The position numbers and the translations under genes were made by a program. A stretch of DNA of 64,000 nucleotides from an uncultured Poribacteria bacterium (GTDB lineage: Bacteria > Poribacteria > WGA-4E > WGA-3G): positions 4,736,835-4,800,834 of the forward strand of contig OX638352.1 of the NCBI GenBank assembly GCA_951813545.1, in the 5' to 3' direction. Under the pieces are notes generated by a model. That model saw nothing but the letters and a program-made list of their open reading frames with translations. It was not told where the DNA came from and searched no databases. Positions within the stretch are counted from its first letter, which is position 1. The number at the start of each line of letters is the position of its first letter. Below are positions 21,069 to 31,046 of the stretch, piece by piece.

Positions 21069-22256
21069 ATGGCAAGCCCACTTGACGGTATAAAGGTTTT
21101 GGACCTCACGCGTGTTCTCGCCGGTCCGTATACAACCATGCTCCTTGGCGATCTTGGGGCAGAGGTCATCAAGGTTGAGCAGCCCGGTACGGGGGACGAA
21201 TCTCGCAATTTTGGTCCCTTTAAAAACGGGTTCAGTCTCTATTTCATGAGTGTGAATCGCGGAAAACGGAGCGTGACGCTCGACCTTAAAACCGAACGTG
21301 GGCATGCAATCTTCAAGCAGTTGTTGGAGCACGCTGACATCCTCGTCGAGAATTTCCGTCCGGGAACGATGAAAAATTTTGGCTTGGATTACGAGACACT
21401 GAAAACGGAGCATCCATCGCTCATTTATGCAGCGTGTTCCGGCTTTGGACAGACCGGTCCCTATGCACAGCAAGGCGCGTACGACATGATTATCCAAGGC
21501 ATGGGGGGTATCATCAGCATTACCGGTGAACCGGAAGGACCCCCAGTGCGTGTCGGCACCTCTATCAGCGACATCACCGCTGCCCTCTTCACCACGATCG
21601 GCATCCTCTCCGCACTGCATCATCGCAACCAAACAGGGAAGGGACAGTTTGTCGATGTCGCTATGTTGGACAGTCTTGTTGCTGTCTTGGAGAACGCCGT
21701 TGTCCGATATTTCGCTACTGGTGAGGCACCCAAACCCCTTGGTGCAAGACATCCAGCGATTACACCCTTTGAAGCGTTTGCATCTGCGGATGGACACGTT
21801 ATTATTGCGCTTGGAAATGATACACTCTGGGCAAAGTTCTGTGAACATGTTGGTCGGCAGGAACTCATCTCAGATGAACGGTTCCAGACGAACGCAGACC
21901 GAACAGAAAATCATAGTGATTTGTTTCCTATCCTCTCGGAGATTATGTCGCAACGGACGACTGATGATTGGATTGATTCGCTTGGAAATATCGGTGTGCC
22001 GTGCGGTCCTATCAATACGATGGATAAGGTCGTCAGTCACCCACAGGTGCAAGCACGCGAGATGATTACACGCGTTGCACACCACATCACAGGTGAAGTA
22101 GAGGTGCCGGGGGTGCCGATTAAACTTTCAGAAACGCCTGGAAACGTGGACGCACCTGCACCGAGTCTCGGTGAACATACAACTGAGATTCTAACCGATG
22201 TGTTAAAAATGGATCCAGATGAAGTGGAAAAGTTAAGGCGAGACGGAGTTGTTTAA
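21069..22256 (+). CDS. CoA-transferase family III (CaiB/BaiF) protein
   Basis: N-terminal LDGIKVLDLTRVLAGPYTTMLLGDLGAEVIKVE, typical of CaiB/BaiF; 395 aa. Confidence 0.85.
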   Translation: MASPLDGIKVLDLTRVLAGPYTTMLLGDLGAEVIKVEQPGTGDESRNFGPFKNGFSLYFMSVNRGKRSVTLDLKTERGHAIFKQLLEHADILVENFRPGTMKNFGLDYETLKTEHPSLIYAACSGFGQTGPYAQQGAYDMIIQGMGGIISITGEPEGPPVRVGTSISDITAALFTTIGILSALHHRNQTGKGQFVDVAMLDSLVAVLENAVVRYFATGEAPKPLGARHPAITPFEAFASADGHVIIALGNDTLWAKFCEHVGRQELISDERFQTNADRTENHSDLFPILSEIMSQRTTDDWIDSLGNIGVPCGPINTMDKVVSHPQVQAREMITRVAHHITGEVEVPGVPIKLSETPGNVDAPAPSLGEHTTEILTDVLKMDPDEVEKLRRDGVV

Positions 22257-22423
22257 TTATACCTTGCGGATAAGTATCGCTTGCTTGGGTATTGGTGTTC
22301 TACGTGTTCGAGTCGCCTGCGCCGTTTTTGCTGGCTTGGTTTAAGTTCATTCTTTACAAGAAACCTGCGTGTAATGGAGCGCAGTCCAGGTGCCCATAAA
22401 TTAAAAACCTGAAAGGAGTTCGC

Positions 22424-24691
22424 ATGTCAGATAAAACCGCAGAAACGTTACATGGAACAACCGCTTTGACGTTAGAAGGCGATCTTGCTGCACAGATGGT
22501 TGAGGTTCTTGACGGTTATGTTACCGACGCGGTGGCGAATTCCGTCGAGAAACGGGAAACGTTGTGGCATCGCGATTATAGTTCTCATGAGGCGTATACT
22601 GAGTCTGTAGAATCGAACCGCGCACGGCTTAGGAAACAGATCGGGTGCTTCGATCCGCGTCTGCCAATTGAGGAACTCGCTTACGTCGCTACTACAAAAG
22701 CCGCCGTGCAGATCACAGAGGATGAGAATTACACCGTATCTCGCGTTCGTTGGCAGGTTTTCGATGAGGTGGAAGGTGAGGGGCTTTTATTGGAGCCGAT
22801 GCACAACGTGCCGGTTATTGCCCAAGTCGTTGCCCTACCCGATGCTGATTGGACACCGGAAATGGTAGCAGGGATAACAGATGCGTTGCCACCGAGTGCT
22901 CAGTTTGCAAGGCGTTTGGCAAGAGCAGGGTGTCGCGTCGTTGTTCCACTCCTCATTAACCGTGACGATACCTATTCGGGCAATTCAACCATCGGTGCAA
23001 TGACGAACCAACCACATCGTGAATTCATCTATCGGATGGCGTATCAGCTCGGTAGGCATATCATCGGGTATGAGGTGCAAAAGGTGTTGTCGTTGGTGGA
23101 CTGGATGGCTTCCGCTGAAGCACCAATCGGTGTTATCGGCTACGGTGAAGGTGGGTTGATTGCCCTTCATAGTGCAGCGGTTGATACACGGATTCAAGCC
23201 GCGGCTGTCAGTGGATATTTCCAATCGCGGCAAGAGGTATGGCGAGAACCGATCTACCGGAACGTTTGGGGGCTGCTACACGAATTTGGCGATGCTGAAG
23301 TTGCGAGCCTCATTGCTCCACGTTTATTGATTATTGAAGCAAGTCGTGGACCTGAAGTTGCCGGTCCGCCAGCGGTTCGTGATGGACGTGGCGGTGCTGC
23401 ACCGGGACAACTCGTGTCCCCACCCGTCGATTCTGTTGAGACGGAATTCGACCGTGCACACGATTACTATCATCAGCTCGGCAATGAAGATGCTTTGCAC
23501 CTTGTCTCTCCGGCAGATGGATTGCCGGGTTCCGAAGAAACATTAGCAACTCTTCTTACCGGACTCGGTGTTGAAGATGCGCGCGTTGATGGATATCGTC
23601 CTCTTTCATCACGTAGCATTGACGATTTTGATTACGAGGCGAGGCAGAAACGGCAGTTTACGCAATTGGTGAATCAGACGCAACGTTTCTTGCGGGAAGC
23701 AGCATCGCGGCGGCAAGAATTTTTCTGGAACAAGACCGATACCTCTTCGCTTACAAAGTGGGAAGAAACATGTACAGATGCCAAAGCCTATTTCTGGGAC
23801 GAAGTTATCGGTAGATGTCCGGCACCCGATGTGCCTGCTAATCCGAGGACAAGGCTCATCTATGACGAACCTCGATGGAAAGGCTATGAGGTCGTCCTTG
23901 ATGTGTGGGACGGTGTTTTCGCTTATGGTATCTTGCTGCTCCCAAATGATCTCCAACCGGGCGAACAGCGTCCTGTTGTCGTCTGTCAGCACGGTTTAGA
24001 AGGGAGACCACAGGATACTGCGGATCCGAAAATAGAATCGGTTTATCACTCTTACGCCGCAAGTTTGGCGGACAGAGGGTTTATCACCTATGCACCACAG
24101 AATCCGTATATCGGTGTTGATGCCTTCCGCGTCATTCAACGCAAAGCAAATCCGATAAAGTGGTCGCTCTTTTCGTTGATTATTCGTCAGCATGAACGGA
24201 CGCTCGACTGGCTCGCGGAGCAACCTTTCGTCGATGCGGATCGAATCGGTTTTTATGGGTTATCTTATGGCGGTAAAACGGCAATGCGCGTCCCGGCGGT
24301 GCTTGAAAGATACGCCTGCTCAATTTGTTCCGCCGATTTCAACGAATGGATCGTCAAAAATGCGACGTTTGACTCTCGCTACAGCTATATGTTCACCGGT
24401 GAGTATGAGATGCCGGAGTTCGATTTGGGGAATACATTCAACTACGGCGAGATGGCGGGATTGATTGCGCCGCGTCCGTTCATGGTGGAACGTGGGCATG
24501 ACGACGGTGTTGCGCCCGATGAATGGGTTGCGCATGAATTCGCTGTCGTCCGGCGGCTTTACGTTCGACTGGGGATCGCTGATAGAACGGAGATCGAGTT
24601 CTTTGATGGAGGGCACCAGATTAATTCTGCGGAGACGTTCCGGTTCCTGCATCGGCATCTCAATTGGCCCGAACCTTCTTCTTCTGTCTGA
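22424..24691 (+). CDS. Tandem alpha/beta-hydrolase-like protein (dienelactone hydrolase / acetyl-xylan-esterase-like C-terminal domain)
   Basis: 755 aa. C-terminal half has a GxSxG nucleophile elbow (GLSYGG) with downstream D and H. The N-terminal half has a degenerate GYGEGG, so it looks like a pseudo-esterase domain. Confidence 0.5.
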   Translation: MSDKTAETLHGTTALTLEGDLAAQMVEVLDGYVTDAVANSVEKRETLWHRDYSSHEAYTESVESNRARLRKQIGCFDPRLPIEELAYVATTKAAVQITEDENYTVSRVRWQVFDEVEGEGLLLEPMHNVPVIAQVVALPDADWTPEMVAGITDALPPSAQFARRLARAGCRVVVPLLINRDDTYSGNSTIGAMTNQPHREFIYRMAYQLGRHIIGYEVQKVLSLVDWMASAEAPIGVIGYGEGGLIALHSAAVDTRIQAAAVSGYFQSRQEVWREPIYRNVWGLLHEFGDAEVASLIAPRLLIIEASRGPEVAGPPAVRDGRGGAAPGQLVSPPVDSVETEFDRAHDYYHQLGNEDALHLVSPADGLPGSEETLATLLTGLGVEDARVDGYRPLSSRSIDDFDYEARQKRQFTQLVNQTQRFLREAASRRQEFFWNKTDTSSLTKWEETCTDAKAYFWDEVIGRCPAPDVPANPRTRLIYDEPRWKGYEVVLDVWDGVFAYGILLLPNDLQPGEQRPVVVCQHGLEGRPQDTADPKIESVYHSYAASLADRGFITYAPQNPYIGVDAFRVIQRKANPIKWSLFSLIIRQHERTLDWLAEQPFVDADRIGFYGLSYGGKTAMRVPAVLERYACSICSADFNEWIVKNATFDSRYSYMFTGEYEMPEFDLGNTFNYGEMAGLIAPRPFMVERGHDDGVAPDEWVAHEFAVVRRLYVRLGIADRTEIEFFDGGHQINSAETFRFLHRHLNWPEPSSSV

Positions 24692-24813
24692 ACCAGGATT
24701 TACAAGATTCACAGATTTTCAGGATTACGTTGGTGTCCCGTTTTTTACTAAGAAGGCGGAAACGGATACCTACTGACTACTGATAACTGACTGCTGATAC
24801 CTATTAAAAAAAT

Positions 24814-25866
24814 ATGCTTTATTCTATCATTGTCAGCGCGGGGTTAGAGACCATCGCGCGCGAGGAGTTATCAGAACGCTTTGCGGACACAGGACATCTG
24901 AAGATCCTGGAACGTAAACCGCAACGAATCCTCTTTCAGTATACGGGTAACCCGCGTGAATTGTTATCACTACGAACAGCCGAGCATCTCTTTCTCGTTC
25001 TAAAGCGGATGCCGAAGATGACCCGTTCACGCAGCTCGTTGGCGGCGTTGAGTGGTTCGCTCTCACGCATGGGTTTCAAAGAGGTGTTTGCGTGCTGTCG
25101 GCAGGCGGGCATTAGCGTGCGGAGACGGGTGCCGTTTCGGGTGACAAGTCGGCTGTCCGGAAAACGTAACTTCCGACGATTGGACCTGCAACGCGTAATT
25201 GAGCGTGCTTTATCGGAACGGGGATGGTATTTGGCATCGTCTAACGCTGCACTGGATGTTTGGGCAGAGGTGCATGGCGACGATGGTTATATCAGCCTCA
25301 AACTTTCCGCAAACGATATGGCGCAGCGTCCGTATAAACAAGCACATATCCCTGCATCGCTCAAACCGACGTTGGCTTATAGCATGGTGCGTCTCTCGCG
25401 ACCCCATCCAGACGATGTCTTTTTAGATGCGATGTGTGGTGCTGGTACGATCCTCTTGGAACGTGCGTTTATTGGTCGCTACCGTTACCTCATCGGTGGT
25501 GATGTCTCCACTGAAGCGTTAGATGCGACCGTGACGAATTTCGGTAGGAAACATCAACCGCGCCAATTTTTTCATTGGGATGCGCGAACTTTGCCGTTAC
25601 GATCAAACACTGTTGATAAGATCGTCTGTAATCTTCCGTTCGGTGAGACAATAGGGAATGTCCCTCAACTTACGAATCTATATCGGCACTGCCTCAAAGA
25701 GTATGCGCGCGTCCTCAATCCGAGGGGGAGGATGGTGCTGCTCACTTCACAAGACACGCTTTTCAATAGCGAACTGAAACAGCGACGTTCTCTTAGGACA
25801 ACACAACAACTGACAGTGGATGTGCGTGGGATGCGGGCAAAGATGTATGTTGTTCGTTTCGCGTAG
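24814..25866 (+). CDS. THUMP-domain class I SAM-dependent RNA methyltransferase (RlmL/Trm14-like)
   Basis: Motif I DAMCGAGTILLE and motif IV CNLPFGE; N-terminal THUMP-like region. Confidence 0.7.
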   Translation: MLYSIIVSAGLETIAREELSERFADTGHLKILERKPQRILFQYTGNPRELLSLRTAEHLFLVLKRMPKMTRSRSSLAALSGSLSRMGFKEVFACCRQAGISVRRRVPFRVTSRLSGKRNFRRLDLQRVIERALSERGWYLASSNAALDVWAEVHGDDGYISLKLSANDMAQRPYKQAHIPASLKPTLAYSMVRLSRPHPDDVFLDAMCGAGTILLERAFIGRYRYLIGGDVSTEALDATVTNFGRKHQPRQFFHWDARTLPLRSNTVDKIVCNLPFGETIGNVPQLTNLYRHCLKEYARVLNPRGRMVLLTSQDTLFNSELKQRRSLRTTQQLTVDVRGMRAKMYVVRFA

Positions 25867-26139
25867 CGCGTTTGCATAACACATAGGTTGGGTTGAACGG
25901 GGTTGAGAAATACGGTGCTAAGTTCTCAAATGCACCTGAAATTCAATATCGCATCGTCTCTCATCAAGGACCTAGTGAAACTCAACTCCGTATTATCATA
26001 TCCCAGAGAAAGCATTGGGTTTCACTACATATCCTTGGAATGGTGAATGTATAGACCAAGTATCAGTTTTTTTGAACGGTTAGCACTCTAGTACTATCCG
26101 TTCAACCCAACCTACAATGACTTTCAATGAGAAATAATG

Positions 26140-26175
26140 AAAAAAGGCGGGGTTAGAAACCCCGCCAGTAAAAAA
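26140..26175 (-). terminator. Rho-independent terminator after the Gfo/Idh gene at 26209..27294
   Basis: GGCGGGGTT-AGA-AACCCCGCC hairpin (26146..26166), flanked on the minus strand by TTTTTTC. Confidence 0.6.
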
Positions 26176-26208
26176 CACATTATCACCCGTGTCGTTTTCT
26201 AACCGCTT

Positions 26209-27294
26209 CTAAATCTCAGGCACTCTCACCGCAATCTCTTTACCGGCTGCATGCGAACGGAAAATACCGTCCATAATCACGTTCGTGAGAAGCACACCCT
26301 CCGGCGGTATTGGGGACGGAGCATCCGCTTTAACCGCTTCACGGAACGCTGTCATCTGGGCTGCCCAGTTATCTTCTTGTGGGAATCCTGAGAACTGGAT
26401 CGTCGTCATCCCTTCCGGTGGGTTTGGTTCCGCTGTTAATCCCTCGGATTCGACAAACTTTTTGAGATCACCATCATACGCATCGGCATAGACAACCGGT
26501 CCATTCAATGAGAAACCCGCTTTCGTCCCAAGATGGAAGTTGCCACCGAGGGAGTCCTGATGCACTGCCCAAGAGATTTTGAACACCATCACACCACCAT
26601 TTTCAAACCGCACCCACGCCGCACCGAACTCCTCAACATCCATGATACCACGGAACCTCGGATCCTGCTGCGAGATGTAATCCTCAGTGATAGCGGAGAC
26701 ACGCACTGGTTTTGGATACCCCATCGCATACAGCGAAGCATGCATATTATAGACACCGATATCGACGGTTGCACCAGCACCTGCTGTCTTCTTATAGATG
26801 AACGTATGTCCTGGGTTCCCGCGCCGCCTGCACCCTGCAGATTCAGAGTAGTAGATATCGCCGAATAACCCGGCATCAAACGCCTTTCTTATGAATTGGA
26901 GTCTCGGGCTAAATGTCGGATTGAGACCGATTTGTAAGATTTTGCCCGATGCTTTCGCCGCTCGGGTCATCGCGGTCGCATCTGGAAGTGTCGCCGCCAT
27001 CGGTTTTTCACAGAGGACGTGTTTACCGGCGTTCAATGCTGCCACTGTCGGTCGCCGATGCCCCTGATTGTAAGTGCAGACACTCACTGCATCAAGTTCG
27101 TCCATTTCGAGCATCTTGTTGTAGCTTGAAAAAGCGTTCTGTTTCGGGACACCCCACTCTTTAGCGGCTTGATTTGCCTTACTTTTGATGATGTCACAGA
27201 CCGCAATGATCTCAAAACCGCCTACTTTCTCGTAGGTGCTCTGGTGCGCACGTGAAATGCCACCTGTACCAATAATACCAACCTTGACAGTCAT
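26209..27294 (-). CDS. Gfo/Idh/MocA-family NAD(P)-dependent oxidoreductase
   Basis: N-terminal Rossmann VGIIGTGGISRAH; 361 aa. Confidence 0.85.
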   Translation of the reverse strand: MTVKVGIIGTGGISRAHQSTYEKVGGFEIIAVCDIIKSKANQAAKEWGVPKQNAFSSYNKMLEMDELDAVSVCTYNQGHRRPTVAALNAGKHVLCEKPMAATLPDATAMTRAAKASGKILQIGLNPTFSPRLQFIRKAFDAGLFGDIYYSESAGCRRRGNPGHTFIYKKTAGAGATVDIGVYNMHASLYAMGYPKPVRVSAITEDYISQQDPRFRGIMDVEEFGAAWVRFENGGVMVFKISWAVHQDSLGGNFHLGTKAGFSLNGPVVYADAYDGDLKKFVESEGLTAEPNPPEGMTTIQFSGFPQEDNWAAQMTAFREAVKADAPSPIPPEGVLLTNVIMDGIFRSHAAGKEIAVRVPEI

Positions 27295-27342
27295 AGTGTT
27301 CTCTCCTTATAACAAATCTTGTATAGAAACAGACGCGATTCG

Positions 27343-28428
27343 CTAAATTTCCGGCACTCTCACCGCAACCTCTTTTCCAGTCTCATGCGAACGGAATATG
27401 CCTTCCATAATTACATTTGTGAGAAGTACACCTTCGGGAGGTATCGGCGATGGTGCATCTGCCTTAACGGCTTCACGGAACGCGGTCATCTGTGCTTCCC
27501 AGACATTGACCGCTGGGAATCCTGAGAACCGGATCGTCGTCATTCCATCCGGCGGGTTCGGCTCTGCTGTCAATCCTTCCGATTTAACCAGTTTCTTGAG
27601 GTCATCCGTATAGGCATCGGCATAGACGACTGGTCCATCCAAGGAGATACCCATTTCTTTACCGAGACAGAAACTGGGACCGAGCGAATCCTGATGAATC
27701 GCCCAAGAGATTTTGAACACCATCACGCCACCGTCTTCAAACCGCACCCACGCGACACCGAACTCTTCAACATCCATAATCCCTCGAAATTGTGGATCTT
27801 GCTGCGAGATGTAGTCTTCAGTAATAGCAGAGACACGCACGGGTTTTGGATACCCCATCGCATACAGCGAGTTGTGCATATTGTAGACACCGATGTCTAC
27901 AATCGCACCAGCGCCCGCCGTCTTTTTGTAGATGAACGTGCGTCCCGGATTTCCACGCCGTCTGCCACCTGAAGACTCGGAGTAGTAGATGTCGCCGAGC
28001 AGTCCTTCATCGATTACCTTCTTCGCAAATTGGAGTCCCGGATTAAACGTGCTGTGGATACCGATCTGCAGGATTTTGCCCGACGCTTTTGCTGCCCGGA
28101 CCATCGCGGTCGCATCTGGGAGCGTCGCTGCCATCGGTTTCTCACAGAAGACATGTTTGCCAGCATTCAACGCTGCCACTGTCGGTCGCCGGTGTCCTTG
28201 GTTGTAAGTACAAACACTCACCGTGTCGATTTCGTCCATCTCAAGCATCTTGTTGTAACTGGTGAAGACGTGCTTTCTCGGTACACCCCACTGATCGGCG
28301 GCTTCGTTTGCCTTGCTTTTGATGATGTCGCAGACTGCAACGATCTCGAAACCGCCTACTGCCGTGTAAGATCGCTGGTGCGCCCGTGAGATACCGCCTG
28401 TACCCACAATACCGACTCGAATCGTCAT
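27343..28428 (-). CDS. Gfo/Idh/MocA-family oxidoreductase, tandem paralog
   Basis: 361 aa, co-linear with 26209..27294 and about 80-85% identical by eye. It carries the same motifs. Confidence 0.85.
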   Translation of the reverse strand: MTIRVGIVGTGGISRAHQRSYTAVGGFEIVAVCDIIKSKANEAADQWGVPRKHVFTSYNKMLEMDEIDTVSVCTYNQGHRRPTVAALNAGKHVFCEKPMAATLPDATAMVRAAKASGKILQIGIHSTFNPGLQFAKKVIDEGLLGDIYYSESSGGRRRGNPGRTFIYKKTAGAGAIVDIGVYNMHNSLYAMGYPKPVRVSAITEDYISQQDPQFRGIMDVEEFGVAWVRFEDGGVMVFKISWAIHQDSLGPSFCLGKEMGISLDGPVVYADAYTDDLKKLVKSEGLTAEPNPPDGMTTIRFSGFPAVNVWEAQMTAFREAVKADAPSPIPPEGVLLTNVIMEGIFRSHETGKEVAVRVPEI

Positions 28429-28556
28429 GTTACTATCTCCTCATGTGTAGAATAGAATTGCTATACGAGTTTAGACGAAATCGGTTTGTAATGCAAGGGG
28501 AAAATGTGATATACTTCAAGGTACATATTCTATATGCTGACAGAAAGGAGAACATC

Positions 28557-29276
28557 GTGAGTATTGATACAGATAAAAGACGACTTTCACAAGTACAGAC
28601 CCCACAAAATATGCGCGGCAATCTGAGCCCGGAACATATATTTAATCAGCTTTATGATGATTTACAAAACGCGAGTCAAGCACAACTGGGTTGGCAGTGG
28701 TTGTTACCATTGCGTTCTGCTGACGTACATCATTTACAATCCTTGGGAATCCCTGCTACTAACGCACAGCAAGATTTTGATGGTTTGGTGCTAAGCCTTG
28801 CCAAGATACTCATTGATTCTCTGAATGAAGAGTCACTGAAAAAGTTGATTCCTTGTGAGAAATGGGAAGCATTTAAAGATAAAAGAGGCATTGCCCTGCT
28901 TGAAGCTGCCTTATCTTTGAATGAACTTAAAGGTGCTGATGTTCACGTTGCCTTTCTACGGAAACTCCAGAGTTTTCGCGCAAGTGGGAGTGTTCATCAG
29001 AAAGAACACAACTATTTAAAAGTCGCTAAGTATTTTGACTTTGGAAGCCAGAGTCCACGGAATGTTTTTGCCAATATACTAAACAGTGCCTCAGATACAC
29101 TGGATTACTTCATTGCTCTTGTAAATAGTGGACGCATACGTGACATTTTTGAAAAGAACCAAATAGCGATCGGATATGCTGGTTTTAGCGATATGATTGG
29201 TATTGCAGATTTTGGCACATCTGATGCCTCTGTCAACCACGACGAAGCCATCTACGAATTACAATCGAAATCATGA
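28557..29276 (+). CDS. Hypothetical protein, upstream partner of the PIN-domain gene
   Basis: Start refined to GTG 28557, preceded by an AAAGGAG RBS. The ORF-track start at 28386 would overlap the divergent gene. Its stop overlaps the PIN gene start (ATGA). No recognisable domain. Confidence 0.45.
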   Translation: MSIDTDKRRLSQVQTPQNMRGNLSPEHIFNQLYDDLQNASQAQLGWQWLLPLRSADVHHLQSLGIPATNAQQDFDGLVLSLAKILIDSLNEESLKKLIPCEKWEAFKDKRGIALLEAALSLNELKGADVHVAFLRKLQSFRASGSVHQKEHNYLKVAKYFDFGSQSPRNVFANILNSASDTLDYFIALVNSGRIRDIFEKNQIAIGYAGFSDMIGIADFGTSDASVNHDEAIYELQSKS

Positions 29277-29683
29277 TTTTTGTTGATACTGGTGGTTGGA
29301 TCGCTATTTTAAATAGGAGAGATCAACACCATCAAGAAGCTGTGGCGATATTCAACAAACTGCAACAGCAGCACATGCGTCTCCTAACTACAGATTATGT
29401 AATTGATGAAACCGTTACTCGTCTCAGATACGACACTAACCACTCACTGGCAGTCATGTTCTTAAACCGTATCGAACTACTTGTGGAAACAGGTGTTTTA
29501 ATCATTGCAGAAATTGATAAGGACATGTTTGAGAAAGCAATAGCACTTTTTCGTCAGTATGACTCGGCACGGTTATCTTTTACGGATTGCACAAGTTTTG
29601 TAGTGTGTCACGAGAATAACATCCGCGAGGCTTTTGCATTTGATCAGCATTTCCCAATAATGGGAATTAACTTGCGCCGATAA
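29273..29683 (+). CDS. PIN-domain ribonuclease (VapC-like toxin)
   Basis: 136 aa. MIFVDTGGWIAI places the first acidic residue. TDYVIDETVT and SFTDCTSF supply further conserved D/E/D residues. Confidence 0.7.
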   Translation: MIFVDTGGWIAILNRRDQHHQEAVAIFNKLQQQHMRLLTTDYVIDETVTRLRYDTNHSLAVMFLNRIELLVETGVLIIAEIDKDMFEKAIALFRQYDSARLSFTDCTSFVVCHENNIREAFAFDQHFPIMGINLRR

Positions 29684-29817
29684 TCTGCCTCGCTTCCCAT
29701 TATCACTTCACCAGTTATTCTATTTTCTTTTAAATTAAACCTAAATTTTGGATAATTTTGGCGATATTTATGTGGTCTTCTCATGCATATCTTGTGAACC
29801 ATTGGAATCATGCCAGA

Positions 29818-30771
29818 CTATCGCCTCAAAATTTCCTCACGATGCCATGCCAAAGCATCTTGAGCAGGATAGAATTCGTCGTGCTCCGGCAGTAGTATCG
29901 GCTTATCGCGCAAGGTCGTTAGCGTCCACTCTGTAGGTCCACGCTCCAACATAAGTTCTGAAACAATAACCTTGTAGTTTCTATCGACGGAAATTAAGCC
30001 TCTATCAAAAGACCAGTGATGCAGTTGACAAAGGGAAATCCCATTCCGCACATCGTTATTTCCTGAAACCTTGAACGGAATGATATGGGCAGCTTCAGTT
30101 ATACTTTCGCCGTCCAGTGTTAGAACATACAATTGACAAACTGCACAGGTATAGTTGTAGATTCTCATGATTGCTCGGCGGAAACCAGCAGTCCGAATTG
30201 GCTTTTCTGTTTTGATTTGTGCCAACGGTTGTAAGGATGAAAATGTGTGTTTAACTTGCCGTAGTAGTGAACGTCTGTACTTATCAATCTGTTGTTTTTC
30301 AGTTATTAGGCTTTCAATTACTTGCTTAAAATCTGCGAAATAGGTATTGACAAGGGTTTGACGGATTACCTCTCTATCATGAGTATCAGTAAGTAAAAGA
30401 AATAATTCATCATCAAAACTCGCGTACGCAATCACCTCACGAATACGAGAAGCCGTTTTAAGTTGAGATGCAACGCCTAATGCTGTTTCATATCCAGGGT
30501 TTGGGTGGAGATGCCAGAATCCTTCGCTCTTTAAATGGAAAAATGGCATGGCAATATTAGGTTTCCTATCCGTTAGCTTAGACCAATATTTCAGAAAAGC
30601 CTCCGCCAACTCCGGGGAAAGGACTATTTTATTTTCGGGAATCTGTCCTTGTTCAATGCGTTCAATAACTGCTAACAGCAGGAGAGGTTTATTAGGTGCT
30701 GCGCCACGTGCTCTATCTATTCGCAATTTCTCCATCTTTCGGATATATTTTTGGAGGATGTTGGTAGACAT
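29818..30771 (-). CDS. HNH endonuclease with an uncharacterised N-terminal domain (candidate restriction/defence nuclease)
   Basis: C-terminal HNH motif HIIPFKVSGNNDVRNGISLCQLHHWSFD. The N-terminal ~200 aa (APNKPLLLLAVIERIEQG ... SEGFWHLHP) were not assigned to a family. Confidence 0.65.
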   Translation of the reverse strand: MSTNILQKYIRKMEKLRIDRARGAAPNKPLLLLAVIERIEQGQIPENKIVLSPELAEAFLKYWSKLTDRKPNIAMPFFHLKSEGFWHLHPNPGYETALGVASQLKTASRIREVIAYASFDDELFLLLTDTHDREVIRQTLVNTYFADFKQVIESLITEKQQIDKYRRSLLRQVKHTFSSLQPLAQIKTEKPIRTAGFRRAIMRIYNYTCAVCQLYVLTLDGESITEAAHIIPFKVSGNNDVRNGISLCQLHHWSFDRGLISVDRNYKVIVSELMLERGPTEWTLTTLRDKPILLPEHDEFYPAQDALAWHREEILRR

Positions 30772-30950
30772 TTTTTTTCGTGATACCCTCTGGTGTTTGG
30801 CAGAGAAATTTCGTAAAAATTAACTGTTCTCTAATACAGAATTTTATCATATATCACGAAAAAGTCAATTTTTGTTTGAAGAAGTAAGATAGACGGTATT
30901 AACCGATGCCCACAGGCAAAACGAAGTTCTATAATCCAGTTAAGTTTTTC

Positions 30951-30979
30951 TTGACATTTCTGTTTAACCGTGTTATGCT
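30951..30979 (+). promoter_or_regulatory. Sigma70-like promoter upstream of the FGE/CCP cluster
   Basis: TTGACA (30951..30956), a 17-bp spacer, then TATGCT (30974..30979). It lies about 70 bp upstream of the ATG at 31047. Confidence 0.45.
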
Positions 30980-31046
30980 GAATCAGACGATGCAGGTTAG
31001 ATAACATTACAATCGATTTGAAATTGCAGGCGAGGAGGAAAGGAAA

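Noticed and set aside
20946-21848. 300-aa minus-strand ORF
   Set aside because: It lies entirely antisense to the well-supported CoA-transferase gene at 21069..22256 and the purC 3' end. It has no domain signal.
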